Shown here: piece by piece, positions 1 through 7,684 of the stretch
How positions within the stretch are numbered: position 1 is the stretch's first letter
How the letters are laid out: each line of letters opens with the position of its first letter
Source of the DNA: a virus
Lineage: Duplodnaviria > Caudoviricetes
IMG/VR virus record: IMGVR_UViG_3300025015_000022
Location: 1-64,000 of that record
Strand: one strand, 5' to 3'
DNA length: 64,000 bases
Position numbers and translations under genes: made by a program
The notes under the pieces: generated by a model
Database searches by the model: none
Told to the model about the DNA's origin: nothing
What the model saw: only the letters and a program-made list of their open reading frames with translations

Positions 1-203
1 TGGGGGACAGCCTGGGGGACAGCCTGGGGGACAGCCTGTGGGACAGCCTGCGGGACAGCCTGCGGGCCAGCCTGCGGGACAGCCTGGGGGACAGCCTGGG
101 GGACAGCCTGGGGGACAGCCTGTGGGACAGCCTGCGGGACAGCCTGCGGGCCAGCCTGCGGGCCAGCCTGGGGGCCAGCCTGTGGGACAGCCTGGGGGAC
201 AGC
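1..203 (+). repeat. 12-bp tandem repeat TG(G/T/C)GG(G)(A/C)CAGCC, 17 units, coding (G/W/R)(D/A)SL
   Basis: Units read directly from 1-203. Units 1-7 and 8-14 are a near-exact 84-bp higher-order duplication. Confidence 0.95.
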
Positions 204-410
204 GGCTGGACGGCGTTCTACGCCGCCGGGCGCGACGTTATCGGCGTCGAGTACGATCCGAAGTACGCCGAGATCCTGCGGCTACATGAAGAGATCGGCG
301 CCTCGTGCTTCGCGCTGTGGATCGTGCCTGGCGCGGTAATCCTGTGCGAGCGTCCGAGCAAGTGCGATGTCGTCGACGGGCGCCTCGTCAACATCGAGTG
401 GGAGGAATAA
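3..410 (+). CDS. 3' end of a tetrapeptide-repeat phage protein (DUF6745-like), 5'-truncated by the window
   Basis: Frame 3 is open from base 3 to TAA 408-410: GDSL repeats, then SGWTAFYAAGRDVIGVEY...FALWIVPGAVILCERP. Not in the ORF track because it has no start. Family recalled from motif. Confidence 0.7.
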   Translation, partial: GDSLGDSLGDSLWDSLRDSLRASLRDSLGDSLGDSLGDSLWDSLRDSLRASLRASLGASLWDSLGDSGWTAFYAAGRDVIGVEYDPKYAEILRLHEEIGASCFALWIVPGAVILCERPSKCDVVDGRLVNIEWEE

Positions 411-413
411 GCG

Positions 414-1682
414 ATGGCCATCTTCACCGTTCAGACCCCGCTGATCGTCGCAGGCACCGAGGGCAAGCTGCGCGTGTCCAACAGCTCGCGCAACGCCTAC
501 ACCCGCTGCCGCAGGTACTACCACCTGCAGAACGTGGTGGGGCTCCGGCGCAAGGTCGACCCCATGCCCCTGTCCGCGGGCAAGCTGGTGCACGAGATGC
601 TCGCCCGCTGGTACCTGGGCGCCGACGTGCTCGAGTGCGAGGCGGCCATCGACGAATGGCGTACGAAGGAACTCGAGATCGCCAACGCCAGCGAGTACGG
701 CGACCCCGTCAAGATCGAGACCACCGCCAACATGGCCCGCGATGTGCTCGACCGCTTCGTGGCGAAGTACCACGCCGACCGCGAGCACTTCGAGGTGCTG
801 GCCGTCGAGGCGCCGTTCGTGGTCCCGCTCCCCGCGCCCACCAAGACGGGCGCCTGGCGGGCGGATCGCCGGTACGCGTACACCGGCGTGTTCGACCTGG
901 TCGTGCGTGACCTGCGCACCGGTCAGGTGGTCATCTACGACCACAAGACCACCACCGACACCAACCTCGACGCCTTCGAGAGGAACGCCCGTGACGGTGG
1001 CCACGGCCAGCGCGTGGGCTACGTCTACGCGGCCCGCTACTTCTTCGGCTCGGACGTGTGTGCGCTGGGCTACGACGTGATCCGCAAGAAGATCCCCGGC
1101 CGCGTGGAGCCGACGCAGTGCCCGACGTGCAAGGGCGTGGGCAGCATCGACGGCGAGCCGTGCGTGGCCGGCGCGTCGTTCGCCCTCTACAAGGCGGGCG
1201 AGAAGAAGGGCCAGGCCAAGCCGACGTGCAACGGCTCAGGCATCGGTGGCCTGTCGTCGAAGGTGCCCGACACCACGGCGGCGCTGTACCGGCAGGCGGT
1301 CGACGCGCTGCTGGCGAAGAACCCCGGGCTCGACATCGTGAACTTCGACCCTGCGCTGGCAGAGTTGCTCACCCGCGGCGACAGGTTCCTCTACCGCTTC
1401 GTCATGGCGGTGGCAGAGGACGAGATCTGGCGATGGGCCCGCGACCTGCACGCCATCGTGCACGAGATGGGGCGGTCGGTGGCGAAGACCACCAAGAAGC
1501 CCGGCGACACGGCGGGCTGGTACCGGAACCTCGAGGCCTGCGACACCGTGTTCGGCAAGTGCGTCTACTACCACGTCTGCAGCCACGGATGGGACGGCAA
1601 CACGAACTTCGAGATCGTGCCGATCGACCCGATGCGCCCGCAGGAAGCGGCGTTCGACGAAGAGAGCAACCAGCCGCTGTAG
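414..1682 (+). CDS. PD-(D/E)XK (RecB-like) exonuclease
   Basis: SNSSRNAYTRCRRYY N-terminus, GVFDLV...IYDHKTT catalytic motifs, C-terminal C-x5-C-xY-xxC. Confidence 0.85.
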   Translation: MAIFTVQTPLIVAGTEGKLRVSNSSRNAYTRCRRYYHLQNVVGLRRKVDPMPLSAGKLVHEMLARWYLGADVLECEAAIDEWRTKELEIANASEYGDPVKIETTANMARDVLDRFVAKYHADREHFEVLAVEAPFVVPLPAPTKTGAWRADRRYAYTGVFDLVVRDLRTGQVVIYDHKTTTDTNLDAFERNARDGGHGQRVGYVYAARYFFGSDVCALGYDVIRKKIPGRVEPTQCPTCKGVGSIDGEPCVAGASFALYKAGEKKGQAKPTCNGSGIGGLSSKVPDTTAALYRQAVDALLAKNPGLDIVNFDPALAELLTRGDRFLYRFVMAVAEDEIWRWARDLHAIVHEMGRSVAKTTKKPGDTAGWYRNLEACDTVFGKCVYYHVCSHGWDGNTNFEIVPIDPMRPQEAAFDEESNQPL

Positions 1683-1704
1683 CGGCGCAGATTGGGAGGG
1701 GTCC

Positions 1705-2988
1705 ATGGGAATCCTGGATAGAGCCTTCGTGGCATCGAAGGCGACGCGCCAGCAGGCGCACGTGAACGTGCTGCTCTACGGCAACAGCGGTACCGGCAAG
1801 ACGACGTTCGGATCGCGGTGCGGGAAGCGCCCGTTCATCGTGCTCAGCGAGCAGCAGGCGGTGCTGCCGATCCGCGAGGCCAACCCCGAAGCGACCATCC
1901 TCGTGGTCGAGACGTGGGAGGCGTTGCAGGAACTTTACCGCGCGATCAACGAGGCCATCACGAAGGGCGCGTGGCCGTACGACGTGATCGTGCTCGACTC
2001 GCTGACCGAGATGCAGCGCAAGCTGAAGGACGAGATCGTGGCGAAGGGGCTGAAGGCCACGGCGGCCGGCGGCAAGAACGAGCCCACGGTGCAGGCCGAC
2101 GGCACGCTCAGCATGAAGGGCTGGGGCGTGCTCATCGACAAGACCTTCAACCTCGTGCGGGCGTTCCGCGACCTGAGCAGCGACTTCGTGTGCGTGGCGC
2201 TGTGCAACGAGTCGACGGAAGACGACAAGCGGTACTTCCGCCCGATGGTGAACGGACAAGCGCTGCCGGGCAACCTGGCGGGGCTGTTCAACGTGGTGCT
2301 GTACTCGTTCGTCACGAAGTCGAACCCGCTGGAGGTGGAAGGCTTCGTCGAGGGTGCGCAGCAGTTCGTGGTGTTGACCAACGGCGCGAGCGATCGGTAT
2401 CTGATCAAGGGGCACCGGTCGTTGAAGCCGTACGAGAACCCGGAGCGTGCCTCCGACATGCTGGCGCGGCTGCGGGGTGCGTGGGAGACGAGCGCGGTGG
2501 AAGGTGTAGACGAGCAGATGGTGAAGGTGGAGCACGCGGCCACCGTCGTGCCCGTCACCGTGGCCACCACCGCCGTGGTCGAAGCCACCGACGAGCATCC
2601 GCCCGTCGAGGCATACGCCGACGATGTGGCGCGCGAGCAGTCGCATGCCACCGACTCGACGACAACCGAGACAGCCGGCTCCGATGCGCAGACGGCGATG
2701 GCCACCGACCCCGCGCCGGTGATCCAGCACGTCGAGGGGCCCACGTTGGCGCCGCCCGAAGAACACGTCGAGAAGCTGGTCAACGCGCAGACCATGGTGA
2801 ACATCCGCGAGGCGCTGAGGAAGCACGCGGTCGACGAGGTGGCGGTGCTGAAAGCGTACGGGATCGCGAAGCTCGAAGACCTTCCCATGAAGAAGTACGT
2901 GGGGGTCATGGGTCGCATCGCGAAGAGCGGGCCGAAGAGCGAGAAGAAGACCACCGCCGACGTCGGCGCGGTCATGGGCGCGAAGTAG
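1705..2988 (+). CDS. AAA_24/Sak4-like ATPase (single-strand annealing module)
   Basis: Walker A GNSGTGKTT, Walker B VIVLDSLT, low-complexity linker and a small C-terminal domain. Lies between exonuclease and SSB. Confidence 0.8.
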   Translation: MGILDRAFVASKATRQQAHVNVLLYGNSGTGKTTFGSRCGKRPFIVLSEQQAVLPIREANPEATILVVETWEALQELYRAINEAITKGAWPYDVIVLDSLTEMQRKLKDEIVAKGLKATAAGGKNEPTVQADGTLSMKGWGVLIDKTFNLVRAFRDLSSDFVCVALCNESTEDDKRYFRPMVNGQALPGNLAGLFNVVLYSFVTKSNPLEVEGFVEGAQQFVVLTNGASDRYLIKGHRSLKPYENPERASDMLARLRGAWETSAVEGVDEQMVKVEHAATVVPVTVATTAVVEATDEHPPVEAYADDVAREQSHATDSTTTETAGSDAQTAMATDPAPVIQHVEGPTLAPPEEHVEKLVNAQTMVNIREALRKHAVDEVAVLKAYGIAKLEDLPMKKYVGVMGRIAKSGPKSEKKTTADVGAVMGAK

Positions 2989-3018
2989 ACCACCAACAAG
3001 GAACGGGAGGGAACGCAG

Positions 3019-3537
3019 ATGGCGAGACAGGTGAGCGTCGGGACCGCGAAGAACGAGTTCAAGCTGTGCCCGGTCGGCCGGCACGTGGCCCGCGTGGTCA
3101 AGGCCGAGTACCGCAAGACCGACAGCGGCGACAAGGAACTAAACGAGGTGACGTTCCGGGTGCTGGAGGGGCCCGCGACGGACTGCACCGTGCGCGAGGC
3201 GTTCTGGCTCACGAGCGACAAAACGTACGAGCGCTACGACCTGTTCTGCGCGGCGCTCGGCATCAAGCCGGGGACCACGGTGGACCCCAACGACCCGCAC
3301 GACGCGCTGGTCGGGCGCACCATCGCGGTCAAGGTGGCGCACAAGGACCACGAGTACAAAGGCGAGACGCGCACCGACGCGATCCTCTCGGGCTTCGTGG
3401 GCTGGGACGCGGTCGACAAGGCGAAGTACCCCGACGTGCCCGCGGGCGAGAAGGGTGGCCACGCGAACCCCGATCCCACGGGCGGCGGGACGACGGCCGC
3501 GCAGGACGACGACTCCAGTGACGACCTCCCGTTCTGA
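3019..3537 (+). CDS. SSB-like protein (DUF669-like)
   Basis: Beta-rich OB-like core and acidic tail ending DDDSSDDLPF. Confidence 0.75.
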   Translation: MARQVSVGTAKNEFKLCPVGRHVARVVKAEYRKTDSGDKELNEVTFRVLEGPATDCTVREAFWLTSDKTYERYDLFCAALGIKPGTTVDPNDPHDALVGRTIAVKVAHKDHEYKGETRTDAILSGFVGWDAVDKAKYPDVPAGEKGGHANPDPTGGGTTAAQDDDSSDDLPF

Positions 3538-3640
3538 GTAATATCAACGACTTGCCACGCAGCGCGACTCGCCTACGGGTGGCCAGCTCGCAACTGGCGC
3601 GTGGCCCAAGTGCTGAACCGACAACCGGGAGGGGTCCCAG

Positions 3641-5860
3641 GTGGCAGAGCGAATCGAAGCGACCATCACCGACGTGTTCCAGCCCACCAAGGGCGAGACC
3701 TGGGGCGTGGCCACCTGCACCGATGGACGCATGGTCGGCACGCGCCCGCTGACGATCTCGGTGGTTGGCGCGGTTGGCATGGCGAAGATCGGCGAGACGC
3801 TGGTGGCAGATGGCACGTGGGTCAACCACCCCACCTACGGCCGGCAGTTCAAAGCCGAGACGGTGGCGTTCAAAGCCCCCACCAAGCGCGAGCCCCTCAT
3901 CCGCTTCTTGGCGTCCACAGTGTCGGGCATCGGCGAGACGCGGGCTGCAATGATCGTCGACCACTTCGGAACCGACGCGATGCGCATCCTCGACGCACGC
4001 CCCGACCTGCTGCGAATGGTTCCCGGGCTGCCGCGCTCGCTGGTTCCCAAGATGGTCGAGGCGTACAAGGTCGCGCGCTGCACGAAGCACCGCGACATCC
4101 TGCTGTACCTGCAGACCGCTGGGGTGGGGCCCAAGCTGGCCGGGCGCATCGTCGAGAAGTACGGCACCCAGGCAGAAGCCAAGATCGCGGAGGATCCCTA
4201 CATCCTGATGACCGACTTCTCGGGGGTGGGCTTCTTGACCTGCGACAAGATCGCTGACCAGCTTGGGATACCAGCCAACGACCGGCGCCGCGTGCGAGCT
4301 GCGCTGGTGCACCACATCACCGAGGACTGCGAAGGCCAAGGGCACACCCACCTACCGACCGAGGGGCTGGTCGGCCGCCTGGGCGACAAGATGCGCAAGA
4401 CGCGCGACGTGGAGACGACCGCGATCCGCACGTACCTCAAGGAGCTGCTCGACGAGGGGACGATCGTTTTCGAGGACGGCCGGCTGTACCTGAGCAGGAC
4501 GCACCAGACGGAGGTCACGGTGGCCACGCGGCTGGTGGAGATCGCGCAGTCGCGACGGGCGGTGGTACCTGGTGTGGCTGACGAGGCGATCGCATGGGCA
4601 GAGGCCACCGATGGTGTGACGCTGACGGATGAGCAACGGGCGGCGGTGCTTGCAGCTACAGCGGGCGGGCTGCTGTGTTTGTCTGGAAATCCGGGCACGG
4701 GCAAATCGCTTTGTACCCGGGCCATCGTCCGCGCCCTCGACAACCTGCGGATCTCGTACGCGCTGTGCGCTCCCACGGGGAAGGCGGCGCAGCGGTCCAC
4801 CGAGGCCACGGGTCGCCACGCCACGACGATCCACCGGCTGCTGGGCTTCAAGGGCGACGGCTTCGAGATGAACGCGGGGAACCAGTTGTCGGCTGGCGTG
4901 GTGCTCATCGACGAGACGTCGATGGTGGACCTCACGCTGGCTCGCGCGCTCCTGGTGGCCATGAGGCCGGGGGCTGCGCTGGTGCTGGTTGGCGACGTCG
5001 ACCAGCTCCCAAGCGTGATGCCTGGCTCAGTCCTCGACGACGTGATCTCGAGCGGGCTCGCCACGGTGGTTCGGCTCACGACGATCCACCGGCAGGGCAA
5101 GGGCTCGGCGATCTCGCTGGCGGCTGCCACGGTGAACGCTGGCGGGCGTCCGGAGGGGCCCAGCCCCTACAGCGAGCCCACCGCGGAGTTCGGTGTGGTC
5201 GCGCTGAAAGAGAGCGAGCGGATCGCGGACGCCACGGTCGACCTGGTGCTGCGCGCTCGCGAGGTGTGGGGCTTCGACCCCGTGCGCGAGGTGCAGGTCA
5301 TCACGCCGATGAAGAAGTACGCGTCGGGGGTCCACGAACTGAACAAGCGGCTGCAGGAGGCGTTGAACCCCCTGCGGCTGGGGATGGGCGGCGAGGATGG
5401 TGGCGGCGAGGTGCGAGCGCACGGCGACGCGTTCCGGCCTGGTGACAAGGTGATGCAGACCAAGAACGACTACCAGCGCATGGTGTTCAACGGCATGGTG
5501 GGCTACGTGGCCTCGGTGGACCCGCAGAGCAACCGGCTCACGGTGGCGTTCGCGGACGGTGATGACGAGGTGGTGGCGTACGACCGGGAGGACCTGGCGC
5601 ACCTGGTGCTCGCGTACGCCAGCACGGTTCACAAGTTCCAGGGGGATCAGCAGGTGGCGATCGTCATGCCTCTTGATCCATCACACTGGTTCATGCAGTT
5701 CCGCGCGCTGGTTTATACCGGCATCACGCGGGCTCGCAAGCGCTGCGTGCTGGTGGGCGACGTGGCGAAGGCGCAGTCGAGGTACCGCGCCAAGAAGCGC
5801 GACGAGCGGATCACGTGGCTGGCGTCGAGGATGCGCGAGATCGCTGCGACGAGGGGGTGA
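3641..5860 (+). CDS. recD2: RecD2-like SF1B 5'-3' helicase
   Basis: N-terminal HPTYGRQF and HhH repeats (GIGETRA, GVGPKLA), GNPGTGKS, APTGKAA, LIDETSM, GDVDQLPSV, YASTVHKFQG, YTGITRAR. Confidence 0.92.
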   Translation: MAERIEATITDVFQPTKGETWGVATCTDGRMVGTRPLTISVVGAVGMAKIGETLVADGTWVNHPTYGRQFKAETVAFKAPTKREPLIRFLASTVSGIGETRAAMIVDHFGTDAMRILDARPDLLRMVPGLPRSLVPKMVEAYKVARCTKHRDILLYLQTAGVGPKLAGRIVEKYGTQAEAKIAEDPYILMTDFSGVGFLTCDKIADQLGIPANDRRRVRAALVHHITEDCEGQGHTHLPTEGLVGRLGDKMRKTRDVETTAIRTYLKELLDEGTIVFEDGRLYLSRTHQTEVTVATRLVEIAQSRRAVVPGVADEAIAWAEATDGVTLTDEQRAAVLAATAGGLLCLSGNPGTGKSLCTRAIVRALDNLRISYALCAPTGKAAQRSTEATGRHATTIHRLLGFKGDGFEMNAGNQLSAGVVLIDETSMVDLTLARALLVAMRPGAALVLVGDVDQLPSVMPGSVLDDVISSGLATVVRLTTIHRQGKGSAISLAAATVNAGGRPEGPSPYSEPTAEFGVVALKESERIADATVDLVLRAREVWGFDPVREVQVITPMKKYASGVHELNKRLQEALNPLRLGMGGEDGGGEVRAHGDAFRPGDKVMQTKNDYQRMVFNGMVGYVASVDPQSNRLTVAFADGDDEVVAYDREDLAHLVLAYASTVHKFQGDQQVAIVMPLDPSHWFMQFRALVYTGITRARKRCVLVGDVAKAQSRYRAKKRDERITWLASRMREIAATRG

Positions 5861-6189
5861 TCTTGGACGCCACCGACCGTCGCATCCTCGTGGCGCTGCT
5901 TCCGTTCGAAGCCACCGCCGCGACGATCGCGCGTGCTCTCGGCGTGGCCCGCTCGACACCAGGGCGCCACCTGCCTGCGCTCGAAGCTGCGGGGCTTGTG
6001 AGGTCGCGGTGGGACGAGGGCGCGTCGGCGATCGGCGCGCTGGTGTGGCGGTTGACGGGCAAGGGACGATCGCTCGCTGAGGGGATCGCGCGGGGCAACG
6101 AGGGGCTCGCGGCAGAGGCGATCGGGGCGGGTGACGACGTGGCCACTGAGGGCGCTGGTGACGTGGCTGGCGAGGGGTCGCGATCGTGA
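5857..6189 (+). CDS. winged-helix (ArsR/HTH-like) DNA-binding protein
   Basis: GTG overlaps the recD2 stop (GTGA). LDATDRRILVALL...ATIARALGVARSTPGRHLPALEAAGLV. Confidence 0.7.
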   Translation: MILDATDRRILVALLPFEATAATIARALGVARSTPGRHLPALEAAGLVRSRWDEGASAIGALVWRLTGKGRSLAEGIARGNEGLAAEAIGAGDDVATEGAGDVAGEGSRS

Positions 6190-6236
6190 CCGCGCAAGCC
6201 TCGCAGGCTGACACGACGGCGATCGCGAGATTGGCG

Positions 6237-6266
6237 TTGACGGGGATCGGCGGGGTGGCGTATGGT
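6237..6266 (+). promoter_or_regulatory. sigma70-type promoter of the replication operon
   Basis: TTGACG 6237-6242, 18-nt spacer ending GGCG, TATGGT 6261-6266. Confidence 0.65.
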
Positions 6267-6273
6267 CAGCACC

Positions 6274-6383
6274 GCTTGCCGTTCTGTGCCACAAAAAATG
6301 AACTCGCGCCTCCCGGTGGTGGGACGTCTACTCAGGACGGCAAGCACCCACCACCGGGAGATACGCGAGCGCTTGTGCGTCTG
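6274..6383 (+). ncRNA. structured leader RNA 1 (hairpin plus pseudoknot)
   Basis: Perfect 14-bp stem 6310-6323/6347-6360. 6274-6286 pairs with loop 6333-6345 (13 bp, one G-U). A second imperfect complement lies at 6371-6383. Confidence 0.6.
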
Positions 6384-6417
6384 GGGTGAGCGTCACGGAG
6401 GGGTCCAAGACGCGGGG

Positions 6418-6753
6418 ATGTGTGGGATGGGTGCCAAGAAGTGCGAAAGATCGAGCGGTCTGGATGCGAACACGGAAGCGATCTTGAACGAACTTGAACT
6501 GGCAATTCTTGACGACGACGATCCAGTTGATCGGGCTGTCGATGAGTACGTCGCCCGTGAGAAAGAAGCAGAGCAGATCCCGGTGGTTGTGTCGGTGCAT
6601 GGAAAGCTGACTTGCAGCCAGTGCCGTGACCATCGCGTGCGGGTGGCGGCGTTCTTCCGCACCGAAGACTGCCGACGCACGATCTGCGTGTGCGCGGCGT
6701 GCTTGAATGCCACGAGCGAAGCGGCAGACGTTGCAGGGGGCACGAATGGGTAA
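6418..6753 (+). CDS. small acidic protein with CxxC...CxxC zinc-finger; start uncertain (6262/6298/6418)
   Basis: CSQC and CAAC pairs. Stop overlaps the next gene start. Confidence 0.6.
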   Translation: MCGMGAKKCERSSGLDANTEAILNELELAILDDDDPVDRAVDEYVAREKEAEQIPVVVSVHGKLTCSQCRDHRVRVAAFFRTEDCRRTICVCAACLNATSEAADVAGGTNG

Positions 6754-7684
6754 TGTCCCCTGGGTACGCATGGACGCTGGCTTCGACTTCCACCCAGACG
6801 TGCGCCGAGCCGGTCACAACGGGTCGTCGGTGTTCCAAACGCTGGTGCGCTTGTCAAAGCTGTTGGGTCTCGACGGCCATCTGAAGGATAAGACACTCGA
6901 CCCCGATTACCTGTCGGACGTGATGCGCTGGGACACGGAGAGCGTCGAGAAAGGGATCGAAGCGTGCGTCCGAGTCGGGTTGCTGATCAGCGATGGGCAA
7001 GGCGGGGCCACAATTCCAGGCTGGGACAAGTACCAGAATCCGGACGCGCTACGCAAGCAGCTATCCAGATCGGAACGTCCGGACGAGGGCGGACAAGTCC
7101 GGACGCGGGCGGACTGTCCTGCTACGAGACGTGACGGGACGGGACAGGACGTGACGGGACGTGACGCAGATCAACCCCCCCTACCCCCCGCGAGCGGGGG
7201 GAGTCTCGCGCTTGCCGCTGACGCCACGGAATCACCTGCCGACGCACCGGCTGAACGTGGCGAGAGGAAGACACGCTGGACGGCTACTGCGTTCACAGAG
7301 AAGGACGCCACTGAGTTGTTCGATCGGTGGCGTGCGTACTTTGGCAAGGGCGAGCGGACGAAGTTCTCGTCAGACCGCATGCGCACCATCCATGCCAGGG
7401 CCAAGAAAGACACGACGCTGATGGAAGCGAAGATGGCTGTGATCGGGTGCTACGAAGAGAGCAAGAAAACCCTGTCGGACGGTCGCAAGCGCTCGGAAGA
7501 CGAAACGATGATCGCGTGGAACCTGATCTTCCGCAGCCGGTCCAACGTCGAGCGCTTCCGAGACATCGGCATGGCCAAGTTGAGGGCGGCGGGGTACCGG
7601 ATCAGCGACGATGGAACACAGGTGCTTCATGCAGACGGTACCGTGGCAACTGGAGCGGAGGTGGCCCGTGCACTTCGACGCTGA
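6746..7684 (+). CDS. replication initiator / replisome-organiser-like protein
   Basis: PWVRMDAGFDFHPDV N-terminus, repetitive central linker ending PPLPPASGG, helical C-terminal domain. Directly precedes primase-helicase. Confidence 0.7.
   Translation: MGNVPWVRMDAGFDFHPDVRRAGHNGSSVFQTLVRLSKLLGLDGHLKDKTLDPDYLSDVMRWDTESVEKGIEACVRVGLLISDGQGGATIPGWDKYQNPDALRKQLSRSERPDEGGQVRTRADCPATRRDGTGQDVTGRDADQPPLPPASGGSLALAADATESPADAPAERGERKTRWTATAFTEKDATELFDRWRAYFGKGERTKFSSDRMRTIHARAKKDTTLMEAKMAVIGCYEESKKTLSDGRKRSEDETMIAWNLIFRSRSNVERFRDIGMAKLRAAGYRISDDGTQVLHADGTVATGAEVARALRR
7039..7200 (+). repeat. iteron-like repeats inside the initiator gene (candidate origin)
   Basis: TCCGGA at 7039, 7078 and 7098 (palindrome CGTCCGGACG 7076-7085). 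GGCGGAC at 7088 and 7108. GACGTGACGGGAC at 7128 and 7148. Confidence 0.6.

Noticed and set aside
1-203. CRISPR array
   Set aside because: Contiguous 12-bp units with no spacers, coding, and no cas genes.
38-289. GQP-repeat ORF from the track
   Set aside because: Alternate frame of the 12-bp repeat. Frame 3 continues into a protein-like domain ending just before the next gene.
1696-6406. GGAGGGGTCC repeated at ~1696, 3628 and 6397
   Set aside because: Best explained as strong Shine-Dalgarno sequences.
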